Source of the DNA: Sedimentisphaerales bacterium
GTDB lineage: Bacteria > Planctomycetota > Phycisphaerae > Sedimentisphaerales > Anaerobacaceae
Length of the DNA: 64,000 nt
Direction: 5' to 3'
Assembly: GCA_050013675.1 (NCBI GenBank)
Contig: JBEKEU010000006.1
Coordinates: 84,477-148,476 of the forward strand
A program made the position numbers and the translations under genes. How positions within the stretch are numbered: the stretch's first letter is position 1; each line of letters opens with the position of its first letter. Under the pieces are notes generated by a model, which made no database searches, had not been told where the DNA came from, and worked only from the letters and a program-made list of their open reading frames with translations. This document shows, piece by piece, positions 30,008 through 39,087 of this stretch.

Positions 30008-31276
30008 ATGACAAAGGTGATGGTAAACGCGATAGTGGCACAGTCAGGCGGGCCAACGTCTGTAATCAATTCGAGCGTGTGCGGGGTAATTCAGGAAGCG
30101 GCGAAAACCAAAAAAATAGGCAGGGTATTAGCGGCACACGATGGCATATTAGGCGTTTTGAAGGAAGAACTGTTTGACGCATCGGCGGAGAAAGCATCGG
30201 TAATCGAGGCATTAAAGCGGACGCCTGCGGCGGCGATGGGCTCCTGTAGGTATAAGCTCAAATCTATCGACCAGGCACAATCGGATTTCGACAGGGTTCT
30301 GAATGTCTTTAAGGCGCACGATATACACTACTTTTTCTACGCGGGCGGCAACGACTCAATGGATACCGCGGACAAGATAAACAAGCTTGCGGCACAACGC
30401 GGCTATGAGCTTGTATGCATCGGCATACCGAAGACCATCGATAACGACCTTGCGTTCACGGACCACTGTCCGGGTTTCGGAAGCGTAGCGAAATACGTGG
30501 CGACCTGCGCAATGGAGGCGGGACGAGATAACGAGGCGTTATCGACATTCAACGCGTGCACCATCATTGAGGTAATGGGCAGAAACGCGGGTTGGATTGC
30601 AGCGGCATCAGGATTGGCAACAAGAGAGCCGAAGGACGCCCCCCATCTTATTTATATGCCTGAGTCAGCGTTTACATTCGAGAAGTTACTCAGGGACGTT
30701 AAAGAGATTTACAGGGAATTCCGCAGGGTGTTTATCATCGTCGGCGAAGGGCTCAAAGACGAGAAAGGCAATCACATTGCCGCGGAAACCGCCGGCTTCG
30801 GCAAGGATGCCTTCGGGCATGCCACGCTTGGTGGCGTGGCGGAGGTGCTCAAAAACGTCATCGAAAAAGAAGCGGGAATAAAGGCATACTGGAACAAACT
30901 CGGGTCACAGCAAAGATGTTCAATGCACTTCGCGTCACTGACGGACGTCAACGAGGCGTATATGTGCGGCAAGACGGCGGTCAAGGCGGCGATGAGCGGA
31001 GTCAACGGGAAAATGATAACGCTGGTTCGGGCGAAAGGCGCGAAATATAAATGCACAATCGGGTTCGCGGAACTGAAAGACGTTGCAAACGGGGAAAAAA
31101 AGGTGCCCAAGGAATTCATAAACGAAAAGGGCAATCATATCACCGAGGCGTGTCGTAGATATATCGGGCCATTGATTAAAGGCGAGGCGCCGATAACGGT
31201 CGGCAAGGACGGGCTGCCCGTGTATGTTCGGCTGGCCAAAAAGTGGGTTGAGAAAAAGTTGCCGAGTTACTTATGA
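30008..31276 (+). CDS. pfp: phosphofructokinase, likely pyrophosphate-dependent
   Basis: GGPTSVIN, GGNDS, PKTIDND, MGRNAGW motifs. Size and N-terminus match the short PPi-PFK group. Start set at ATG 30008; the track start is TTG. Confidence 0.85.
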   Translation: MTKVMVNAIVAQSGGPTSVINSSVCGVIQEAAKTKKIGRVLAAHDGILGVLKEELFDASAEKASVIEALKRTPAAAMGSCRYKLKSIDQAQSDFDRVLNVFKAHDIHYFFYAGGNDSMDTADKINKLAAQRGYELVCIGIPKTIDNDLAFTDHCPGFGSVAKYVATCAMEAGRDNEALSTFNACTIIEVMGRNAGWIAAASGLATREPKDAPHLIYMPESAFTFEKLLRDVKEIYREFRRVFIIVGEGLKDEKGNHIAAETAGFGKDAFGHATLGGVAEVLKNVIEKEAGIKAYWNKLGSQQRCSMHFASLTDVNEAYMCGKTAVKAAMSGVNGKMITLVRAKGAKYKCTIGFAELKDVANGEKKVPKEFINEKGNHITEACRRYIGPLIKGEAPITVGKDGLPVYVRLAKKWVEKKLPSYL

Positions 31277-32520
31277 ATCTGAGCAAGTATTCATTCGGGA
31301 TTGGGGACAGGTTTGGGCTCGAGGGAGATGCCCTGCTTTCAGCGGTAATGCAGGCAGACAAGGCGGGGGTCGAGGTAACGCCCGTCTGGAATAAGTCGCA
31401 TCGGGAGCACACTATAATCGGGACGACGCCTGAGGATGTCCGCAAGGAGGCGGATGAGGCAGTTAGGGGGATGGGGTGGGTCGGCAATTACTACGTCGAT
31501 GCGGACCATATAAATTCCGGCAACGTTGACGAGTTTATTAAATGGAGCGATTTCTTCACGCTTGATGTTGCGGATTACATAGGCCAGCCGGCACAGAAGA
31601 ACGAGGTTGACCGATTTATCGACAGTTGCGTGAAATATATCGACGGATTGTCTGTCCCCGGAATCAGGGAGAGTTTGGCTGTCGGCGAAAGTTCGGTACG
31701 GGTGATAGCGGGCAAGTACCTGACGGCGGTCAAACAGGCGGGAAAATTATACAGGCATATAGCATCTAAAAAGGGTGTGGGGAATTTTGTTGTCGAGATG
31801 TCGATGGATGAGACGCAAACGCCTCAGACGCCGGTAGAATTGTTCTTTATTTTGGCGGCAGCGGCGCAGGAAGAAATACCTGTCCAGACGATTGCACCGA
31901 AGTTTTCAGGCAGGTTCAATAAGGGCGTCGATTACGTCGGCGACGCCGAGCGATTCGCGGCGGAGTTCGAACGCGATGTCGCGATAGTAGCGTACGCGGT
32001 TGAGGAATTCGGACTGCCAAAAAATTTGAAGCTGAGCGTTCATTCAGGCAGCGACAAGTTTTCGATTTATGGGGCGATTAACAAGACGCTGAGGAAATTT
32101 GACGCGGGGCTGCACGTCAAGACGGCGGGGACAACGTGGCTTGAGGAGTTGGCAGGTTTGGCGTTGGCGGGTGGGGCGTATCTGGCAATTGCGAAACGAA
32201 TATACGCAGAAGCGCTTGAGAGGATGGATGAGCTGACGAAGCCATACGCGACGGTGATTGATATCAATAAGGGCAGGTTGCCGAATCCTGAGGTTGTCGC
32301 GGAGTGGAACGGCAAAAGATTCGCGGAGGCACTTCGGCACGACCAATCCTGCGGGCGATATAATCCGGATTTGCGGCAGTTATTGCACGTCGGTTACAAG
32401 GTCGCCGCCCAGATGAAATCAGATTTTACGCGTGCGGTGTCGGAATGCGAGGGGATAATCAGGCCGATGGTGATGGAAAATATTTATCAACGACACATTA
32501 AGCCGATTTTTATCGACTAA
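31273..32520 (+). CDS. possible tagaturonate/fructuronate epimerase (UxaE-like)
   Basis: 415 aa. N-terminal SFGIGDRFGL and DADH motifs recalled from the UxaE family. Context includes uxaC and an SDR. Assignment from memory only. Confidence 0.45.
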   Translation: MNLSKYSFGIGDRFGLEGDALLSAVMQADKAGVEVTPVWNKSHREHTIIGTTPEDVRKEADEAVRGMGWVGNYYVDADHINSGNVDEFIKWSDFFTLDVADYIGQPAQKNEVDRFIDSCVKYIDGLSVPGIRESLAVGESSVRVIAGKYLTAVKQAGKLYRHIASKKGVGNFVVEMSMDETQTPQTPVELFFILAAAAQEEIPVQTIAPKFSGRFNKGVDYVGDAERFAAEFERDVAIVAYAVEEFGLPKNLKLSVHSGSDKFSIYGAINKTLRKFDAGLHVKTAGTTWLEELAGLALAGGAYLAIAKRIYAEALERMDELTKPYATVIDINKGRLPNPEVVAEWNGKRFAEALRHDQSCGRYNPDLRQLLHVGYKVAAQMKSDFTRAVSECEGIIRPMVMENIYQRHIKPIFID

Positions 32521-32535
32521 ATTCGGGAATATATT

Positions 32536-33354
32536 ATGAAGACATTATTTGATTTGACGGGTAAGGTGGCGGCGGTAACGGGCGCGGGTGGGGTGCTTTG
32601 CGGCCAAATGGCAAAGGCATTGGCCTGCGCAGGGGCAAAAGTCGCGGTGATTGATTTGTCGCCGGAAGCGGCCAAGAAAGTTGCCGACGAAATTAAATCA
32701 CAGGGCGGCACTGCGTTAGCCGTCAAATGCAATGTACTGGATAAAAAGCAGATTGAAGATGCCGCTAAGGAAATTACCGCGAAGTTCGGCAAAGTCGATA
32801 TCCTGATTAACGGCGCGGGAGGCAACAAAAAAGACGCGACAACATCGGATAGTATGCCGTTTTTCGATTTGCCAGCCGAGGCGATTCGCGGGGTATTCGA
32901 TTTGAATTTCCTGGGGACACTTTTGCCCTGCCAGGTATTCGGCAAAGAGATGGCAAAAAATGGAAGCGGAGTAATATTGAACATATCGAGTATGAACGCG
33001 ATGAGACCATTGACAAAGATTTGCGGATATTCGGCAGCGAAAGCAGCCGTGAGCAACTTTACCCAGTGGTTAGCGGTGCATATCAATCAGAATTACTCGA
33101 AGGATATCCGTGTCAACGCGATTGCCCCGGGATTTTTCCTGACCGAACAGAACAGGTTCTTATTGACTGATGAAAAAACAGGGCAATTGACCCCTCGCGG
33201 CAAAACAATTATCGAGCATACCCCGATGGCCCGGTTCGGCAATCCCGATGACTTGACTGGCACAATGCTTTGGCTCGTCAGCGACGCCGCCAAATTTGTA
33301 ACCGGCGTTGTCGTGCCGGTAGATGGCGGATTTTCGGCGTTCAGCGGGGTTTAG
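32536..33354 (+). CDS. short-chain dehydrogenase/reductase (mannonate/fructuronate-reductase-like)
   Basis: 272 aa. TGAGGVLC cofactor motif, NGAG, YSAAK catalytic motif. Confidence 0.85.
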   Translation: MKTLFDLTGKVAAVTGAGGVLCGQMAKALACAGAKVAVIDLSPEAAKKVADEIKSQGGTALAVKCNVLDKKQIEDAAKEITAKFGKVDILINGAGGNKKDATTSDSMPFFDLPAEAIRGVFDLNFLGTLLPCQVFGKEMAKNGSGVILNISSMNAMRPLTKICGYSAAKAAVSNFTQWLAVHINQNYSKDIRVNAIAPGFFLTEQNRFLLTDEKTGQLTPRGKTIIEHTPMARFGNPDDLTGTMLWLVSDAAKFVTGVVVPVDGGFSAFSGV

Positions 33355-33687
33355 GGATTTGCGATTTTCGATTGTCGATTGTCGATTTGGGGATGAGGAT
33401 GCTGCCGGAGGCGGGAAAAAGACCGAATTTAGAATTTAGAGGTAAGAAGTTAGAAGACGGAAAGCTCGGCTTCGTTGAAAAACTACGCCGAGGTCTTCGC
33501 TTCCGTCTTCGTCCCTACCCGTAAGGGATGCCAAATGGCAAAGGGACTACGCCGAGACGGGGCGCTACGAAAAAATGGCTGTGCCCATTTACTTACAAGA
33601 TTTTACATGATAAAAGAGAAGAGTCTCGAATAATCGCCACGAAAGGAGTCTAAAATCGCTGAAGAACAATGTAAATATAAAGTCGGG

Positions 33688-34566
33688 ATGATTTTGAAAC
33701 ATCCCTATAAACCGGAATGGGGCCCTGGTGAAGTAGAAAATATTACCGATACTACTGTACATATTTTCTTTCGAAACGATCCTGAGAAGAAGACAAGAAT
33801 GTTCAGCCGCATTTCCCAAAACGGTCCAATAGAATGGGAAAGTTACAAAGAAGATATTCCTAAAAAACGTGATGATTTAAATAACATTCATGAAAAACCA
33901 GAATCAGAAATTCATGTTGAGGTAACAGAAAATTGCCTTAATTACTTGACCCATTTAGAAAATATTTATCCTGTGAAGACTATGGAGGAATCTTCGCCAC
34001 CATCTTCACCTGGTATTTATGCGTGGTACTTCGATGAGCCACCCCCTTACGTTCCAACAAGTGGTTGTACATTTGTCAAAGCCGGAGGGTGGCTATTTAA
34101 AACAAAGTGGTGGTTATTATATATTGGCCGTGCCGAGGATTTAAATGATCGTAACGTAAATTATCATATAAAAGGCGAACATTATGCTGAAGGGACCATA
34201 TCCTCATTGAGGTTGTCGCTTGGATGTCTACTATCAAAGAAATTGGATCTAATTCTGTACTACCCTCCAGAATCATTCGGTGCTTATGGAGACAGTAAAC
34301 TTAATGAATGGCTTAAAGAACACGTAAGAATTAGTTGGATTGAAGTAAAGAACATATATGTTATAGAGCCAGAGATAATACGAAACTGCACATTACCATT
34401 AAACTACAAAGATAATGACCATCCTTTAAAGAAACCGCTTTCAAACCTGAGAACAGCATTCAGAAATATTTCCAAGAATTTGGGACAAAAATCCAATAAA
34501 AAAGAATTTAGAAGAGCATATGAAAATTTTGCTAGAGAATGTAAGTCGTTAGGAATTAACAGGTGA
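33688..34566 (+). CDS. orphan hypothetical protein with GIY-YIG-like motifs
   Basis: 292 aa, visibly AT-rich. PGIYAWYF ... LLYIGRAEDLNDR resembles GIY/YIG+R but with unusually long spacing. N-terminal ~40 aa resembles a small beta-barrel domain. Confidence 0.5.
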   Translation: MILKHPYKPEWGPGEVENITDTTVHIFFRNDPEKKTRMFSRISQNGPIEWESYKEDIPKKRDDLNNIHEKPESEIHVEVTENCLNYLTHLENIYPVKTMEESSPPSSPGIYAWYFDEPPPYVPTSGCTFVKAGGWLFKTKWWLLYIGRAEDLNDRNVNYHIKGEHYAEGTISSLRLSLGCLLSKKLDLILYYPPESFGAYGDSKLNEWLKEHVRISWIEVKNIYVIEPEIIRNCTLPLNYKDNDHPLKKPLSNLRTAFRNISKNLGQKSNKKEFRRAYENFARECKSLGINR

Positions 34567-34843
34567 GCGATTATACCGAAAACGCCTTAATTGAATAGCC
34601 CGCAATCCTAAAAAACCGCAAATCAGTAAATCCGTATAATCTGTGGCCAGTTAAAAACAGCGCAACCAGCGTCTAAAAAACAATGACACCGAGCAAAGCG
34701 AGGATCCCGCTTCCCTATGCGGATTCTTAAATCTGTGGAAATCTGCGTCATCCGCGATTAAAATGAGTTGTTTTACAACCCGCCGTGAAACGGCGGGCTA
34801 AATATCAGTGAACTCTGTGTAATCTGTGGCTTAGGAGAATTAA

Positions 34844-35749
34844 ATGACTGATGCGGCGGCACCGTTGAAGGAGTTTAAGGTAACGAAGGAGTTTTTCGTC
34901 GGGATTGATTCGGACGGGTGCGTGTTCGATACGATGGGGATAAAGCAGCGGGAGTGTTTCTGCCCGTGGACGGTGGCGTGTTACAATTTGCAGCCGGTGG
35001 CTGAGGCGGCCAGAGAATGCAGGGTCTTTGCGGATTTATTCAGCAAGACGCGCGGGGCGAATAGGCACAAAACACTCAAGCGGATTTTGTCGGAACTGCT
35101 GCCGAATCATCCACAGGTAAAGCAGAGGGGATTTGAGGTTCCGCAGCCGAAGCATTATTTCGCGTGGGTAGATAACCCCAAGAGCATTCTAAGCAATGAC
35201 GGATTAAAAAAAGCGGCTGAGGCGGCGAAGGACCCGATGGTGAAGAAAGAATTAGAGCAGGCGCTTGACTGGAGCATAAAAGTAAACAAGGCCATAACGG
35301 ACATCGTAAAAGGAATACCGCCCTTCCCGTTTGTGCGGGAGAGTTTGGAAAAAATCGGGCCAAAAGCGGATGTTATAGTGGTATCCGCGACGCCCGGCGA
35401 GGCATTAGTGCGGGAATGGCAGGAGCATGATATCGCCAAATACGTAGCAATAATAGCGGGCCAGGAAATGGGAACAAAGGCCCAGCATCTTGAATACGCG
35501 ACGAAAGGTCGATACGATAAGGACCATGTCTTGATGGTAGGCGATGCTCCGGGCGACCTTAAGGCGGCAAAAACGAACGATGCGTTGTTTTACCCGATAG
35601 TGCCGGGCAAAGAAACAGAGTCGTGGAAGCGATTTTATGATGAGGCGTTCGACAGGTTTCTCAAGGGGCTATTCGCGGGCGGATACGAGCAGAAGCTGAT
35701 TACGGAATTCGAGAATTCCCTGCCGGGCAAACCGCCGTGGGAAAAATGA
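34844..35749 (+). CDS. HAD-superfamily hydrolase
   Basis: 301 aa. Motif I GIDSDGCVFDT, motif III/IV region VGDAPGD. Confidence 0.75.
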   Translation: MTDAAAPLKEFKVTKEFFVGIDSDGCVFDTMGIKQRECFCPWTVACYNLQPVAEAARECRVFADLFSKTRGANRHKTLKRILSELLPNHPQVKQRGFEVPQPKHYFAWVDNPKSILSNDGLKKAAEAAKDPMVKKELEQALDWSIKVNKAITDIVKGIPPFPFVRESLEKIGPKADVIVVSATPGEALVREWQEHDIAKYVAIIAGQEMGTKAQHLEYATKGRYDKDHVLMVGDAPGDLKAAKTNDALFYPIVPGKETESWKRFYDEAFDRFLKGLFAGGYEQKLITEFENSLPGKPPWEK

Positions 35750-35837
35750 TTCACCGCCGAGCACGCGGAGACCGCAGAGAAAAAACGTAAATTAATCTCT
35801 GCGTGCTTTGCGGCCTCTGTGGTAAAAAAGGTGAGAT

Positions 35838-37112
35838 ATGGTAATTGAACGACAATATGCGGATGGGGTCATCAGCAAAGAGCAAATGCGGGAGGCGGTG
35901 GCGGACTATTTCGGCAAGAGAAATTACTCCGGCAAAAGCATTCTTGTTATTGTCCCGGATAATACACGTTCCGGCCCGGTGGGCGGGGTATTCAAGGCCA
36001 TCTACGACTGCATCGGCAATGAAGTCAGCCGGCTGGATGTGCTGGTAGCGCTGGGGACTCATCAGCCAATAAGCGAAGAGCAGATTTGTACCCGGCTGAC
36101 GATAACGCAGGAGGAACGAAACGGCAAATACAAAGCGGTGAAATTTTTTAATCACCAGTGGGATAACCCCGAGATGTTCAAGTTCGCAGGCCAGATTCAC
36201 GCCGACAAAATTGAACGGCTGACCAAGGGACTTTTCAGCGAAGAGGTTGAGGTCATGGTTAATAAACTGGTTTTCGATTACGATGAGTTCTTTATCATCG
36301 GGCCGGTATTTCCGCACGAGGTAGTGGGGTTTTCGGGCGGGCACAAATATATCTTCCCGGGCGTTGCAGGGCCTCAAATCATAAACTTTTTCCACTGGCT
36401 TGGCGCGGTGATAACCAACCCCGCGATAAATGGCAACAAGTGGACGGCGACTCGTGAGGTCGTCGAGAACGCGGCATCATACATAAAAACGCCGCACACG
36501 CTGTTTGCGATTGTGTCGAATAAAGAAGAGTTCAAAGGCATATTCATCGGCGACTGCGTTGAAGCGTGGGAAAGAGCGGCGGATTTGTCGGCGAAGGTTC
36601 ATATCGTTTATAAGGACAAGCCCTACAAAACGGTGCTGGGAATAGCGCCGAATATGTATGACGAGATGTGGACGGCGGGCAAGGTGATGTATAAGCTGGA
36701 GCCGGTAATTGCGGACGGCGGGATGCTGATTATTTATGCGCCGCATATCAAAGAGGTTTCGGTAACGCACGGCAAAACAATCGAGCAGGTCGGCTATCAT
36801 ACGCGGGATTATTTCCTCAAACAGTGGGACAAGTTCAAGGATTACCCACTGGGAGCGATAGCTCACTGCACGCACGTCAAGGGAATCGGCACATATAACA
36901 ACGGCGTGGAAAAGCCGAGAATCAACGTCGTGCTGGCGACGGGCATAAGCAGGGAGCGATGTAAGAAAATAAACCTCGGTTATATGGACCCGGAACAAAT
37001 TGACATCGCTAATTACGAGGGCAAGGAAGACAAAGGGATTTTGGTTGTTCACGACGCGGGCGAAACGTTGTATAGATTGGCGGACGGTTCTATACCAAGA
37101 ATAAGAGAATAA
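35838..37112 (+). CDS. LarA-like (lactate racemase family / DUF2088) protein
   Basis: 424 aa. ALGTHQP and GFSGGHKYIFPG motifs are typical of nickel-pincer-dependent racemase/epimerase homologues. Confidence 0.65.
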   Translation: MVIERQYADGVISKEQMREAVADYFGKRNYSGKSILVIVPDNTRSGPVGGVFKAIYDCIGNEVSRLDVLVALGTHQPISEEQICTRLTITQEERNGKYKAVKFFNHQWDNPEMFKFAGQIHADKIERLTKGLFSEEVEVMVNKLVFDYDEFFIIGPVFPHEVVGFSGGHKYIFPGVAGPQIINFFHWLGAVITNPAINGNKWTATREVVENAASYIKTPHTLFAIVSNKEEFKGIFIGDCVEAWERAADLSAKVHIVYKDKPYKTVLGIAPNMYDEMWTAGKVMYKLEPVIADGGMLIIYAPHIKEVSVTHGKTIEQVGYHTRDYFLKQWDKFKDYPLGAIAHCTHVKGIGTYNNGVEKPRINVVLATGISRERCKKINLGYMDPEQIDIANYEGKEDKGILVVHDAGETLYRLADGSIPRIRE

Positions 37113-37119
37113 TAATCCC

Positions 37120-37142
37120 TCAATAAATTGGGGGGCTAAATT
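37120..37142 (+). promoter_or_regulatory. conserved upstream motif CAATAAATTG-GGGGCTAAATT (copy A)
   Basis: Nearly identical 22-23 nt string recurs at 63039-63061. Both copies lie ~25 nt upstream of a start codon. A partial copy (CGGCGGGCTAAAT) lies near 34790. Confidence 0.35.
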
Positions 37143-37165
37143 TTAATTGGGAAGGAAATCATAAA

Positions 37166-38617
37166 ATGACACAGGCGGATATCGGATTAGTCGGGCTTGC
37201 GGTGATGGGCGAAAACCTGATTTTGAATATGGAAAGCAAGGGGTTCACCGTCGCGTGTTTCAACAGGACGGTTTCGAAGGTCGATGATTTTGTAAACGGG
37301 CGGGCAAAAGGCAAGAAGATAATCGGCTGTCGCTCAATCGGGGAGCTGACTGCGAATCTGAAAAAGCCAAGGAAGGTAATGCTGATGGTAAAGGCGGGAC
37401 AGGCAGTAGATGATTTCATCGAGCAGTTACTGCCTCATCTTGAGAACGGGGACATAATTATCGACGGCGGCAATTCGCATTTCCCGGATACGATTCGCAG
37501 GACCAAATACGTGGAGAGCAAAGGTAAGCTGTATATCGGCACGGGCGTTTCCGGCGGCGAGGAGGGCGCGTTGCGCGGGCCGTCGATTATGCCGGGCGGG
37601 TCGCCGGCGGCCTGGCCGAACGTCAAACCGATATTCCAGGCGATTTGCGCCAAAACGGACAAGGGGGAACCCTGCTGCGAATGGGTCGGCGAAAACGGCG
37701 CGGGGCATTTTGTCAAAATGGTGCATAACGGGATTGAGTACGGCGATATGCAGTTGATATGCGAGACGTATCATTTGATGCGGGAAGGGCTGGGGTTGAG
37801 TAACGCCGAGATGCATAAGGTCCTCGCGGAGTGGAACCAGAGCGAGCTGAACTCATACCTGATTGAGATTACGCGGGATATCCTCGCTTATAAGGACGAG
37901 CAGGGAAACGAGGTAATCGATTTGATTTTGGACACAGCGGGGCAAAAAGGCACGGGCAAATGGACAGTTGTAGCCGCGCTGGATTCGGGTCAGCCCTTGA
38001 CGCTGATAGGCGAGGCGGTATTCGGGCGATGTTTGTCGGCTTTGAAGTACGAACGAGTAAAGGCATCGCAAGTTTTGAAAGGCCCCAAGGCGCAGTTCAA
38101 GGGTGACAAAGCAAGATTCATCGACGATTTGCGAAAGGCGCTATACGCGTCGAAGATTATAAGCTACGCGCAGGGTTATCAGCTTATGCGTGCAGCAGCG
38201 AAGGAATACGGCTGGAACCTAAACTACGGTGGAGTCGCCCTGATGTGGCGTGGCGGGTGCATTATCCGTTCGGTATTTTTGGGCGAGATTAAAAAGGCAT
38301 TCGACAAAAACCCTAACCTCGAAAACCTTTTACTCGACCCGTTCTTCAAACGGGCGATGGCAAAGGCACAGACATCCTGGCGGCGGGTAGTAACAACAGC
38401 GGTCAAACTGGGTATCCCAATTCCGGCAATCAGCGCGGCGATGGCGTTTTACGACGGCTATCGTCACGAGCGGCTGCCAGCGAACCTGCTGCAGGCACAG
38501 CGGGATTATTTTGGCGCGCATACTTACGAGCGGGTTGATAAGCCAAGGGGCGAGTTTTTCCATACCAACTGGACCGGCCGGGGCGGCGATACAAGCTCAT
38601 CCGCATATACTGTGTGA
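37166..38617 (+). CDS. gnd: 6-phosphogluconate dehydrogenase (decarboxylating)
   Basis: 483 aa. GLAVMGENL, GTGVSGGEEGA, HFVKMVHNGIEYGDMQLI, RDYFGAHTYER. Confidence 0.95.
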   Translation: MTQADIGLVGLAVMGENLILNMESKGFTVACFNRTVSKVDDFVNGRAKGKKIIGCRSIGELTANLKKPRKVMLMVKAGQAVDDFIEQLLPHLENGDIIIDGGNSHFPDTIRRTKYVESKGKLYIGTGVSGGEEGALRGPSIMPGGSPAAWPNVKPIFQAICAKTDKGEPCCEWVGENGAGHFVKMVHNGIEYGDMQLICETYHLMREGLGLSNAEMHKVLAEWNQSELNSYLIEITRDILAYKDEQGNEVIDLILDTAGQKGTGKWTVVAALDSGQPLTLIGEAVFGRCLSALKYERVKASQVLKGPKAQFKGDKARFIDDLRKALYASKIISYAQGYQLMRAAAKEYGWNLNYGGVALMWRGGCIIRSVFLGEIKKAFDKNPNLENLLLDPFFKRAMAKAQTSWRRVVTTAVKLGIPIPAISAAMAFYDGYRHERLPANLLQAQRDYFGAHTYERVDKPRGEFFHTNWTGRGGDTSSSAYTV

Positions 38618-38835
38618 CGCCGAATACGACAGTAAATGTTAATCTTTTGGTTTCCGGCAGATATCGATAATTTCATCTTCCTCGTCAAAAGTAGGACCAT
38701 CCGTCGTCATATAATCGCCGCCGTCCCCGCCGTGAGATAGTAAATCAGCCGGCAAGTTGACTTAAATAGAATTGTCGTGTATATTCCGGCAAGTGAAAAA
38801 ACCAGGTTTTTGACGATATTTTCACAGGAACTCTT

Positions 38836-39081
38836 ATGGATTTGTTCTGGAAGATAATCATAGTGGGCGCAGCGCTTGTCGCTATCGGCTGGATTGCGTA
38901 TGGGATATGGGAGTGGCGTGAACGCAAGCTCGAAAAGGAAAGGCCGAAGGTGCGGTCCGAGCGATACCAGCAGGCGTCAAGTTCAGTCGCGGATTACGCG
39001 AAGAAACTGGCCGAATTCAAAAAGCCGACATATAAACGTGAGGATGCCCCGCCGACAGATACAAAACCGCCTCAGGAGTAA
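38836..39081 (+). CDS. small hypothetical membrane protein
   Basis: 81 aa with one N-terminal TM helix and a charged tail. Confidence 0.4.
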   Translation: MDLFWKIIIVGAALVAIGWIAYGIWEWRERKLEKERPKVRSERYQQASSSVADYAKKLAEFKKPTYKREDAPPTDTKPPQE

Positions 39082-39087
39082 ACGCCA

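Noticed and set aside
32517-33086. 189-aa minus-strand ORF
   Set aside because: Antisense to the SDR gene, which has canonical TGxxGxxG and YxxxK motifs.
35751-36395. 214-aa minus-strand ORF, and the 191-aa ORF at 36477-37052
   Set aside because: Antisense to the LarA-like gene. The 5' part also runs through a CTCTGCG repeat spacer.
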